Below are positions 1-9,400 of a DNA stretch of 64,000 nt, in pieces. This DNA comes from a virus. Lineage: Duplodnaviria > Caudoviricetes. Each line of letters begins with the position of its first letter. The first letter of the stretch is position 1. The notes beneath the pieces are model-generated. The model was not told where the DNA came from. It saw nothing but the letters and a program-made list of their open reading frames with translations, and did not search any database. The translations under genes and the position numbers were made by a program. The stretch is from the IMG/VR virus record IMGVR_UViG_3300030330_004956, positions 1 through 64,000 of that record. One strand, given 5' to 3'.

Positions 1-179
1 GTATTGATCCATACGCTCCAGATAATGTTCGACATACAGTTTTCGAATCAAATGGAGAAGGTAATTGGCTTCACCCAAATCCACCCGGTGGTATGGAAAT
101 ATCATACAATCGTTCTGTTTATAGAGTAGAGCAGTTTGGTGGTACATTTCAAAAGGTGTTAATGGATGAGTATGTATAA
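1..179 (+). CDS. 3' end of an upstream gene (partial), hypothetical
   Basis: Frame 3 is open from the window edge (IDPYAPDNVRHTVF...QKVLMDEYV) to TAA at 177-179, overlapping the next start. Confidence 0.6.
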   Translation, partial: IDPYAPDNVRHTVFESNGEGNWLHPNPPGGMEISYNRSVYRVEQFGGTFQKVLMDEYV

Positions 180-1341
180 AAACATAGAAGAATGTTTATG
201 CTGCGGGAACAGTCAAATCAAGCCATTTTTAGATTTAGGCAAACAGCCATTAGCTAATAATTTAACTGACGCTCCCGGCTTATTAGAGAACGATGGGTAT
301 GAATTAAAAGTTAATTATTGCAATCAATGCTGGCATTCTCAATTATCAATTTCTGTTGATCCAGAATTGCTGTTCAAAGATTACTATTATGTTACCGGCA
401 CATCAAAGACTATGAATGATTATTGTGAAGAATTAGCAGAAGTTATTAACCAAAGAGTAGATAAAACTGATGTTACTATTTTGGATATTGCTAGTAACGA
501 TGGCACTTTTTTAGATAAATTTAATAAATTTGGGTGGAGTTTGTATGGTGTTGATCCGGCTGCGAATTTACAAAAGACTGCATCTGAAAAAGGAATCAAT
601 ACATTTGTGAAATTTTTTGGAGCGGAAGAAGTCAATTTTGGCACAAAATTTGATGTTATAACAGCATTGAATGTATTCGCACATGTACCAGATCCACTGA
701 GCTTTTTAGAAGAGTGTAAGAGGAATTTAACTGAAGATGGGGTTATCGTAATACAGACTAGTCAAAGGAATATGATAGAAGACAGACAATTTGATACTGT
801 GTACCATGAGCATATTTCATTTTTTAGCATATCGTCAATGAGGGCAATTTGTAGTCAAGCAGGATTGTATGTTAATGACATATATTTACCAGATATCCAT
901 GGCGGCTCATACGTGTTTTTTATATCAAGTTCAACGCACAACACAGATAACTTAACTATTGCTTCTGTGAATGAAAAATATCGAGGACGCTACTCTTCTA
1001 AGGCTTATAAAAATTTTCAAACTGATATTTCTAATTTAGCCAAAGAGGTTAAAGAAAAATTTGTGAATGATAAGATGATAGCTTTTGGCGCCGCCGCAAA
1101 AGGCATAGTTGCGTTACACGCTCTGGATTTAAATCCAGAATGCGTAATTGATGAAAATCCACTTAAAATAGGAAAATACTTACCAAAAAAAGATATTCCT
1201 ATATTGTCAATTGATAAATTATCTGAATATGATGAAGATTTGGATATATTAATATTAGCATGGAATTTCAAAAAAGAGATAACAGAGAAGATAAGAAACA
1301 TAAGAGGTAATAGAGACAATTTAATTTGTATATTTCAATAA
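166..1341 (+). CDS. NDP-hexose C-methyltransferase (class I SAM; Methyltransf_13/23/14 architecture)
   Basis: N-terminal Zn site CLCCG...CNQC, LDLGKQPLAN, SAM motif ILDIASNDG, ALNVFAHV, YHEH, HGGS and C-terminal FGAAAKG...LAWNF, as in TcaB9/NovU-type sugar C-methyltransferases. Confidence 0.88.
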   Translation: MSMYKNIEECLCCGNSQIKPFLDLGKQPLANNLTDAPGLLENDGYELKVNYCNQCWHSQLSISVDPELLFKDYYYVTGTSKTMNDYCEELAEVINQRVDKTDVTILDIASNDGTFLDKFNKFGWSLYGVDPAANLQKTASEKGINTFVKFFGAEEVNFGTKFDVITALNVFAHVPDPLSFLEECKRNLTEDGVIVIQTSQRNMIEDRQFDTVYHEHISFFSISSMRAICSQAGLYVNDIYLPDIHGGSYVFFISSSTHNTDNLTIASVNEKYRGRYSSKAYKNFQTDISNLAKEVKEKFVNDKMIAFGAAAKGIVALHALDLNPECVIDENPLKIGKYLPKKDIPILSIDKLSEYDEDLDILILAWNFKKEITEKIRNIRGNRDNLICIFQ

Positions 1342-1355
1342 TAAAGGAGGAAGAA

Positions 1356-1568
1356 ATGGAAACAAATGAAGAAGTGAATACACTACAACTTTCAGATCAA
1401 GCATTGGGGGCAATCATGATGGCTTTGCAAAATAGCCTTTTAAACCAGACAGACATCGTGCCTGTACTCAAGGGGCTAAAGTTGGTGCAACATCCATCAG
1501 ATGGGCTTGTTGTTCTTAATCCGCCAATTTTGCGAACTGGCGAGACGATAGAAACGAGCGTTCAGTAA
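1356..1568 (+). CDS. hypothetical protein (70 aa)
   Basis: AGGAGG SD at 1345-1350 precedes ATG 1356 (preferred over the TTG start at 1326); TAATG coupling to the next gene. Confidence 0.75.
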   Translation: METNEEVNTLQLSDQALGAIMMALQNSLLNQTDIVPVLKGLKLVQHPSDGLVVLNPPILRTGETIETSVQ

Positions 1569-1816
1569 TGCCCAAGTATAGCTATGAATGTAATTCATGC
1601 GGCAGTCGATATGAGATCTGGCACGGCATGCAAGAGCAGCATTTAAAATGCAATGTATGTGAAGCAGAATCACCAACAAGAATACCATCAATTTTAGGAG
1701 ACGTTTACATAGCACGCCCACAAAAAACAGGTACCGTTGTTCGTGAAACTATTGAAGATACAAAAAAAGAAACCGAGGCGATGAGAAAAGAAGCTTCTAG
1801 GAGTATGGATATATGA
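1568..1816 (+). CDS. FmdB-family zinc-ribbon protein
   Basis: MPKYSYECNSCG...CNVC matches the MPxYxYxCxxCG...CxxC signature. Confidence 0.82.
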   Translation: MPKYSYECNSCGSRYEIWHGMQEQHLKCNVCEAESPTRIPSILGDVYIARPQKTGTVVRETIEDTKKETEAMRKEASRSMDI

Positions 1817-2118
1817 TTATAGAAATTATGCTAGCAGCTTCCGCCTTGTTAAATTTATTTTTATTGTGGTATTCATATCGTTCTTTGAAAACGATATTAG
1901 AAATAAGTGAACAATTTGATGAATTTAGAACAAAAATGGTAGAGTTTGCTACCCACCTTAAGGCAATTAATAAAGTAGAATCTTTCTATGGTGATCCTAC
2001 CATAACGGCACTTATAGAGCATATGAAACGTTTAGCCGTTGATATTGAAGAGTATGCCCAAATGCTTATAATTTACGAAGATGATATGGAGGATGAAAAT
2101 GAGCAAAAAGAGAACTAG
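1813..2118 (+). CDS. N-terminally membrane-anchored coiled-coil protein
   Basis: Hydrophobic N-terminus (IIEIMLAASALLNLFLLWY) followed by a helical acidic region; ATGA overlap with the upstream gene. Confidence 0.7.
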   Translation: MIIEIMLAASALLNLFLLWYSYRSLKTILEISEQFDEFRTKMVEFATHLKAINKVESFYGDPTITALIEHMKRLAVDIEEYAQMLIIYEDDMEDENEQKEN

Positions 2119-2803
2119 AAAACCAAGAACGAAAAGAATGTATTTTACAAAGGTTCATGAAGATGCTATAATTGAATACAACAACAGTACAGATTTCGCA
2201 AGAAAAACAGAACTTTACGAGACACTAATCCACCCTGCTCTAGACGAGATGGTGGATAAAATTGTTTATACTTATAAATTTAATACATTGCCAAACATTT
2301 CTGATTTACAGCAAGATTGCAAAGTATTTTTAGTCACTATCTTGCACAAGTATAATCCAGATAAAAACTCAAAAGCATTCTCTTACTTTTCAGTAATTGC
2401 TAAGAACTGGTTTATCGCACAGGTAAAAAAGAATGCAAAGAAGAATAAAAAAGAAGTTTCTTTAGAAAATCATTTAGGTATGGGGCTGATCCAAAACACA
2501 GCACTGGTTGCTGAAGATTCATGGCACGAACAGCAAGAAAGAAAAGAATTTATGAATTTATTATCATTAGAAATAGAGTCATGGAATTCCTTAACTATGC
2601 GCCCAAACGAAAGAAAGGTATATGAAGCGATTAAAACGCTTTTATCAAATGCAGACAAACTTGAAATATTTAACAAAAAAGCTATTTACTTGTACCTAAG
2701 AGAGATAACTGGCTTAAACACAAAGCAAATTGTCGCTCAACTCTCAAAAATGAGAGAAAAATATAGGGAATTTAAGAGCAATTATGATAATGGTATCGAG
2801 TAA
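2099..2803 (+). CDS. phage sigma factor, T4 gp55-like late transcription factor
   Basis: Sigma region 2-like segment LQQDCKVFLVTILHKYNPDKNSKAFSYFSVIAKNWFI resembles gp55 (xFxYF); C-terminal HTH-like YLREITGLNTKQI; GGAGG at 2088-2092 supports ATG 2099. Confidence 0.7.
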   Translation: MSKKRTRKPRTKRMYFTKVHEDAIIEYNNSTDFARKTELYETLIHPALDEMVDKIVYTYKFNTLPNISDLQQDCKVFLVTILHKYNPDKNSKAFSYFSVIAKNWFIAQVKKNAKKNKKEVSLENHLGMGLIQNTALVAEDSWHEQQERKEFMNLLSLEIESWNSLTMRPNERKVYEAIKTLLSNADKLEIFNKKAIYLYLREITGLNTKQIVAQLSKMREKYREFKSNYDNGIE

Positions 2804-3105
2804 TGTCTAAAAGATTAAACAAATTTATAACGGAAGCTATTTCAAATATCAGAAAAGATCGTGAAGTGACACATGAATTGTTATCTGATTTGATAAAAAT
2901 AGCTTCTCAAAGCGAGCATAATCACAAAGAGGTGAGCATGGCAGCGGCTAAATACGTAGAAACGCTACAGCGTTCAAACGAGCAGCTAGTAAAGTTAGCC
3001 TCATTGGTGCAAAAAGAAGATTCTAAAGCCAATGATTTTTCTTTTTCCGTAAAAGACAAAGATAGTATATATGATATGATTGGAGAAGAAGAAAAGGAGA
3101 AGTAA
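2803..3105 (+). CDS. hypothetical helical protein
   Basis: TAATG-coupled 100-aa ORF, predicted coiled coil. Confidence 0.7.
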   Translation: MSKRLNKFITEAISNIRKDREVTHELLSDLIKIASQSEHNHKEVSMAAAKYVETLQRSNEQLVKLASLVQKEDSKANDFSFSVKDKDSIYDMIGEEEKEK

Positions 3106-3108
3106 TGA

Positions 3109-5466
3109 ATGTCGAAATTTATACCGTCACCGGATATTCTAAATGGTACACAAAAGAAAAGAGCTAGAAAATCTTTTTCTGATCAGAAAGGCTCTTTATT
3201 TCACGAACTAAAAAAAGTCGTCAAAGAGTCGTATGGTTCTGATGCATTTGCTGGCGTTGGAAATATGCAAGCTATTGTTCTGGCTAAAGTAGACGCCGGC
3301 GATCCATCTAAGCAAGCATGGAAAAACCCACTTACTGCGTATTCTTATCATGTCAAAAACAAAGTGCCAGATTTCATAGAGATCAGATATCGTGTACCTG
3401 AGTTACATGCTCATTTGCCAGAACCCAAAGATGCTAATGATCACAAAGCAATAAATTTACACCCTTTAGCCATAATTAAGAAAGACAAAGGAATACCAGA
3501 AGTCGGAGATATTGTTACTTTAGACTTCGCTGATAAGGTAAATTTCACTGGAGCAATGGTTGTCGAGACTTTTAATTCTGAACAGCCACCCAATGCCGGC
3601 GGCGGAATGTGTAAGCCCGCCGGAACATTTAACTCTGCACCAGCACCATTAAACACTGCTGCACCCACGGGAGACTCCATTGAGCCCGCCGCATCTTCTT
3701 TTGGAGCATCTAATAATCCAGCCCAAGAGGGTTTTGAAAATGGCATAAGATATGATAACTCAGAAGAATACATAAACAGCTTTGATTCCATAACTGGTGA
3801 TTCAAACAAAAGAAAGATAAAAAGAAACATATACATTGTTTCGCTAGATGAGTTTAACTCAATGCCAGATTTTTCAGATTCAAACTCTATCGTAGAAGCA
3901 CTTTCATCTAAGAACGTTTTTTCAGTATGTTTTACTGTGGCTGATCGCGGAATCTTACTGGGAGATCGAATACGCCTACTGTCCATAATCGATAAATTAA
4001 CAGAACATAACTATGATGTTTCTTTGATGGTTCGAGAAAGAAATAAGAACTTCAACAAAGCAATGTTGCATTTATCAAAGATAGCACGAACTGTAAAAGT
4101 TAAAAATATAGTATTTGAACTGGTAGATAATTACACGGAATCTGAAATGTTAAGAATAGACGGAGCTTTCAGAAACTTGAGTGACAGTGTGGGTTGTAAC
4201 TATTGTGCTGTTATAAAAGAAAATTACATAGATTCTTTTCTTCCTAGCCTGCAAGACTATACATTTATAGCAAGCAATAGATATGATTATAGTTTGAGAA
4301 ATTCAAAAGTAACTGATTCAAATGCTGTCCATACAGCCCGAGAAGCGCTTTCGTCTAGATATACAGACAGTATGCCGCTATATTATTTGGGAGGTATCAA
4401 TTTACTTCAGACACCTAATGAGCCATGTGTTGTAGGTACCAGATCGCCAGATATCTTAGCAGACGAAATTGAAGTTTTCAGTACCGCACCCGGCAACGCT
4501 CATTATATGATTGACAATTACAAATTCTTAACAGCAGAATTATCAACAGCAATAATAAGAAATACTACAGGCAATGGAGTAATAGAAGAATCACTAAAGC
4601 AAAGCTTGCTAAATAGTATGTTCACAGACGAAAGTCCAGAAATAGCAAATGTTCGCGACATACAATCAGTCGCAGGTTTAGAAGAGATAGAACAGCCAAC
4701 ATTCAATACAGAAGCTACAGGCTCTCAAGACGCAACACCAGCCCCATCAGCACCCTTTGCTTCAGCACCCGGTGCCGTGTGTCCCGCACAAGCAGGAGGT
4801 TCCCAGCCAGCAGGTGGTGGCGCCCCCGGCCCAGCGGTTCAGGCGCCTTCCTTCCGTTTCGACTCAATCGATAATTATCAAAATCTTGGATGGACTACAA
4901 ATGCTAGCAACGCAATTAATAATGTTATATTTGAGTTCATGGAAAAGCTAAGTGCTGCAATTTACAGACGTATTCCGGCAACTGATCCTATTTTTACAAA
5001 TTCTTCGCCTAAGAAAATAAGACTTACATCTACTGCCAGAACATATGAAAAGCAAGCTTATTTGATGTGGGATAAAATGAGAGCCCAAGGTGATTACGGT
5101 GTTACTTCAATTTACAATGAAAACACAACATGGGTTAAAACCGTTATGAGGACATATCATGAAGGCGGACGTCCGCAAAGTGCCGAGGCAATATATGCTA
5201 ATCCAAAATTTGCAGAAGCTGTTGAAGCAATCCGAGTTAGAGTTGAAGTAGATGGCGGAGGCTCACCTCACCTTAAGGGTAGGGGCGTTGATATACACAC
5301 ATGGAGCCACCTTCAAGCCGAAGGGGTACCTAATGCCCAAAGTGCCACAAAAGCCCAAATGGAGGCTTCTAGATACGTCAGAGCGATTGTCGAGGCTTGT
5401 GCTGAAGCAGGCGGACGCCCAGTTGTAGAAAATTATCAACAACATGTTCACATAAGTATTTTATGA
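3109..5466 (+). CDS. baseplate hub-associated protein: gp5-like N-terminal OB fold plus C-terminal M15 (LAS) Zn peptidase
   Basis: GIPEVGDIVTLDF resembles the gp5/VgrG OB-fold motif; C-terminal TSTARTYEKQ...SPHLKGRGVDI...HVH fits the M15 SxHxxGxxxD...HxH motif; first gene of the baseplate module. Confidence 0.65.
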   Translation: MSKFIPSPDILNGTQKKRARKSFSDQKGSLFHELKKVVKESYGSDAFAGVGNMQAIVLAKVDAGDPSKQAWKNPLTAYSYHVKNKVPDFIEIRYRVPELHAHLPEPKDANDHKAINLHPLAIIKKDKGIPEVGDIVTLDFADKVNFTGAMVVETFNSEQPPNAGGGMCKPAGTFNSAPAPLNTAAPTGDSIEPAASSFGASNNPAQEGFENGIRYDNSEEYINSFDSITGDSNKRKIKRNIYIVSLDEFNSMPDFSDSNSIVEALSSKNVFSVCFTVADRGILLGDRIRLLSIIDKLTEHNYDVSLMVRERNKNFNKAMLHLSKIARTVKVKNIVFELVDNYTESEMLRIDGAFRNLSDSVGCNYCAVIKENYIDSFLPSLQDYTFIASNRYDYSLRNSKVTDSNAVHTAREALSSRYTDSMPLYYLGGINLLQTPNEPCVVGTRSPDILADEIEVFSTAPGNAHYMIDNYKFLTAELSTAIIRNTTGNGVIEESLKQSLLNSMFTDESPEIANVRDIQSVAGLEEIEQPTFNTEATGSQDATPAPSAPFASAPGAVCPAQAGGSQPAGGGAPGPAVQAPSFRFDSIDNYQNLGWTTNASNAINNVIFEFMEKLSAAIYRRIPATDPIFTNSSPKKIRLTSTARTYEKQAYLMWDKMRAQGDYGVTSIYNENTTWVKTVMRTYHEGGRPQSAEAIYANPKFAEAVEAIRVRVEVDGGGSPHLKGRGVDIHTWSHLQAEGVPNAQSATKAQMEASRYVRAIVEACAEAGGRPVVENYQQHVHISIL

Positions 5467-5472
5467 TACTTA

Positions 5473-5482
5473 GATATTTATA
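5473..5482 (+). promoter_or_regulatory. putative late promoter variant GATATTTATA
   Basis: Intergenic before the spike gene; the same GATATTTA variant occurs at 51613-51620 before the portal. Confidence 0.45.
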
Positions 5483-5498
5483 TAGCAGGAGTTAAAAA

Positions 5499-6434
5499 GT
5501 GCCAAAATTTAAAAGTGCCCTTAGTCTAAAAGGCGTAAAGAAAAACTTACAAAAACAATTAGAAGAAAACCCTCTATACAAGCAGGGTGTCATGGGCAAA
5601 GGCGCCGCCGGCGCCAGAACTTCTGAGCCAATTCCATCTTTTGCAGCAGCAGATAGTGAAAAAGTAATAGAAAATGGCACTAACGCTAGTATTGTCTTTG
5701 GGAAAGATCGCCCGGGCTCAAAGCTTTCTGGATACGGAGGAAGAGGTGATGCAGGAGCAGGTACAATTGATATTGTTGCCGGCAGAATGTCACACAGCCC
5801 CGCTAAGGTAAATGATAACGATGAAGACATACAAGCAAATCCAGATTTTAAAATTGATGCATGTCGAATTTATGTAAGTCAAAAAACAGACATTGATGAC
5901 AATTTTGATTTAGTTGACGGTAAACTTGGACGAGCCACTGCCCGAGCCGGAATAGGAATTAAAACGGATGCTCTTCGTTTGATCGGCAGAGAAGGTATAA
6001 AAATTGTAACAGGCACAGACGTAAAAAATTCCACTGGAGAAAATATTGTAAGTGTTGGCGGAATCGATCTTATTGCTGGAAATGACGATAGAGATTTACA
6101 ACCATTAGTTTTGGGTGATAATCTTAAAGAATCACTAAATAAACTATCTGATCATGTTGATAAATTAGCCGGCATCGTACAGTCTGCTATTACGTATCAA
6201 ATGAAGTTTAATGCGAAAACAATGGCACATACACACATAACAGCTTTTTTTGGCACCCCAACCGCACCATCTGATCAGCTTGTGCCAGCCGGCGTGCAGG
6301 TTATTGCCGATCACGGCGGTAAGACAATGTTAGATTTAGTTAAATTTAGAACAAATCTGAAATTTCACAAACAAACTTATTATGCAGTATCCGGTGCGAA
6401 ATATATAAACAGCAGCTTTAACAACACTAATTGA
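5499..6434 (+). CDS. baseplate central spike (gp5 C-terminal/gp138-like)
   Basis: Short beta-strand repeats (IGIKTDALRLIGREGIKIV, GGIDLIAG), QPLVLGD and an HxH tip motif (HTH, 6228-6236) followed by GTPTAP; GTG start with AGGAG SD. Confidence 0.55.
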   Translation: MPKFKSALSLKGVKKNLQKQLEENPLYKQGVMGKGAAGARTSEPIPSFAAADSEKVIENGTNASIVFGKDRPGSKLSGYGGRGDAGAGTIDIVAGRMSHSPAKVNDNDEDIQANPDFKIDACRIYVSQKTDIDDNFDLVDGKLGRATARAGIGIKTDALRLIGREGIKIVTGTDVKNSTGENIVSVGGIDLIAGNDDRDLQPLVLGDNLKESLNKLSDHVDKLAGIVQSAITYQMKFNAKTMAHTHITAFFGTPTAPSDQLVPAGVQVIADHGGKTMLDLVKFRTNLKFHKQTYYAVSGAKYINSSFNNTN

Positions 6435-6441
6435 GGAAAAA

Positions 6442-9400
6442 ATGTCAGACACACCACCAGTCGAAACAGTTGAATCAGGAACAGATGATTCTAGAAATAA
6501 CAATGCAGATCCAAACGTAAATCCAATACCAGAAAGTATTGGCACAACGGTTGATCATGGCGACTCATATAATGTCGAATCGGCATGGGAAGGTGCTACT
6601 CATTTTGTTAGATTTTCTCACGTTTCGGAAGAAAAGAGTGATGATGTAGTAGTGCCTTTGTACGATACTTTATCTAGGCAAAGAGAGGCGATCAAAAATA
6701 TTCCCGGTGACGGAAGTATACAAGTTAAGGTTATTGATTCGAATGTTGGGCAAAGCTGGGCAGAAAGTAAAGTTCTTTTGGAGAGCGATGAAAAAGAATA
6801 TTATGTCAATTCTGTTTATCTGTTTCCAGTCAACGGGATATCAAATTTAGCTTTTTATTCTCCCGAAGATGCAGATTTGTTTGTAGATAGCAGTAGAGAA
6901 ACAAAGATTAAAGATGCAAAAGAAGCCGAGCCATATGATGAAAAAAATCATTATAATATAGTGTTAGATGCTGGTACTTTAAGTAAAGAAGAATATGGGG
7001 CAAATTTAGCAGATCTAAAGAGAAAGGCAATATGCCAATTAATAGAACATTATGGTAAAAAGAAATTATCAAGTGCTGATATAGACTCACTTATTGAAAA
7101 TCCATTTGGACTAATTCAGAGTTCTGAACCATATTTTCCACTCCGCCCGGGACAAAACATAAAGACTAAAATTACAATTGCCAAAAAATATTTAAATCAA
7201 TTAGAAAACAAAACATTTGATGATTTTGCAATAGAAAATATACATAAAGATTTTATAGCCGTATCCATAAAAGCATCAGATATTACTAAAGATATCAATA
7301 AGCTTATCAAGATATTAGAAAAATATGACAAACAAATATCCGGATTTGCAGGACATATTGAAGGGCTAGATATGAAGGTTATCATATCGAAACTAAGATC
7401 TTTCATTTCAGAATTTAATAAATTTTTAAAACTGAATGGAACTACATTAGATAGCTCTGGGGATACTAAGTTTGAGCTTGGGTTTGACAAGTCAACATAT
7501 AAATTAAATTATGTTATGCAATTTACTCCATATGGCACTTTCTTGCCAATTGGTATTGGTTTGTTGGCTTGTAAATTTGATGCCAAGGTGGGAAAGCTAT
7601 TAGTAAGATTGAAAGACGTTTTCTCTGCATCCGCCGGCGGGACAGCATGGATGGGATTCTGCACTGATTTCTTCGCAGGTGACATCAAAATTAATTTCAA
7701 GATGCCTTCTGAAATTTTCGACACTGCCAAGATACCGTTCTCAAAATTAGAAATGAATATGGATAATCTTAAAGCAGACTTTGGTGAACTAAAGTTTATG
7801 ACACCGGATGATGCAGCAAGTTTAGTTTCTATGACTAATAGTTCGCAATTTAGAGTGACTGCCTCTGAATTGTTACTTAGATCAAGAGACTTTATCGGAG
7901 ATCAGTTTCTAGTTGACTTGCCAAATATTCTCACTAACGTAGATGATTTACCTTCATTATATGGCTTAGTTTTTGATAAAGTTTCGGTTAAAGATTTGCT
8001 TGATTTGGTTATGGAGCAAGCAGCCACTGAACTTAACCTGCCAGATATTAATGAAATTAAATTAAGAGGAATATTACAGGCTTTGGATTTTGAAATTGTT
8101 TTAGATATATTATTCGATAGACTGCCTACTGTGGATCTAGAATTAATTTTGGCTTCAATTTGTGATTCCACTACAATGACAGCTCAAATGTTCGATCAAC
8201 TGACTAGCTCTCTTACATCGATCCCAATGGTTGATCTTTATATGATCCACTTCAAAGACGATGGTACGCTGGGTGGTTTGTTAGCAGATCACTACGATGG
8301 TGATTTATTATCTGCCCTGTCAGAAAGAAATTTAAATTCTTGTGAGACTCTTGGCGTTGCAATTGCTACTGGAACGTTTGATATCAAAGATTATTATCAA
8401 GAATCTACGTATAGAAAAATGCTTTGTCAACTATTGACAGATGGACTACCCGAATACCAAAACCCATGTCCAGAATTGACAGAAGTAATCGAAAACGTAT
8501 TAGGCATAGGAGCCAGTCCTTTGATTACTATTCCGGGCGGATTAAAACTTCCTTCAGTGTCTTTTAGTGGTATAAAGATTAATATCTTAAATTTTCTTAA
8601 AGGGCTTGACAAGTCCATGGTAATGCCATCGATCGATCTTCATATGAAAGATTTATTTAAAACAGGGGCTAACGCAATGTCTTTGGAATTGAGCGGAGAG
8701 CTTCCCCCTGCTGGAGTACTAACTCCAGATGAATTGTTTGCCAAATTTTCAGAAATACCAGAAATAAAATTACAACTTGATAAAATTTCTTTAACAAAAG
8801 GTAAATTAACTGGTAAGATACCCGGCTTACCTTTGGATTTTGAAATGAAAAAGATAGATGCAGACTTCACACTTCCATCAATAAAAGACTGTAATCCTAG
8901 TTTTGATTTTGGTAAATTTCAATTTTCCGGAATGCAAGACATATTTTCCGGAGCTATTGGGGGAATAGAGTCTGCGCTCATTCAAGGTATTGAAGCTGGA
9001 TTGGTTGGTGCATTCAAAGTTATATTAGAAGGCGTCCTCGATTCAGTAAACATGAACCCACCAAATATAGATGCTCCAGATTTTGGAGGATTAAGTCTGC
9101 CTGATTTGATGGATGCCTCTGATGGATTTTCTGCCGAAGCATTTGAAATGATCGTAACCGACGTATTATGTTCAGCAGTTGGCAAATTTGATATTAAATT
9201 TTTTGAAGAATGTAATGTGTGTGAAGAATTGCAAGATCTGGCTGGATATTGCCCAGAAGAAGAAGATACAAAAAAAGCATTAGAAGATATGTCATCTGCT
9301 GTTAAGCCTTTAGAGTTAACAAGAATGCTGAAGGGACAAAGAAACAAAAAAGATTTTGAAAATATGCGAGCAGCCATAACTGATCCCAAAATAAAGCAAG

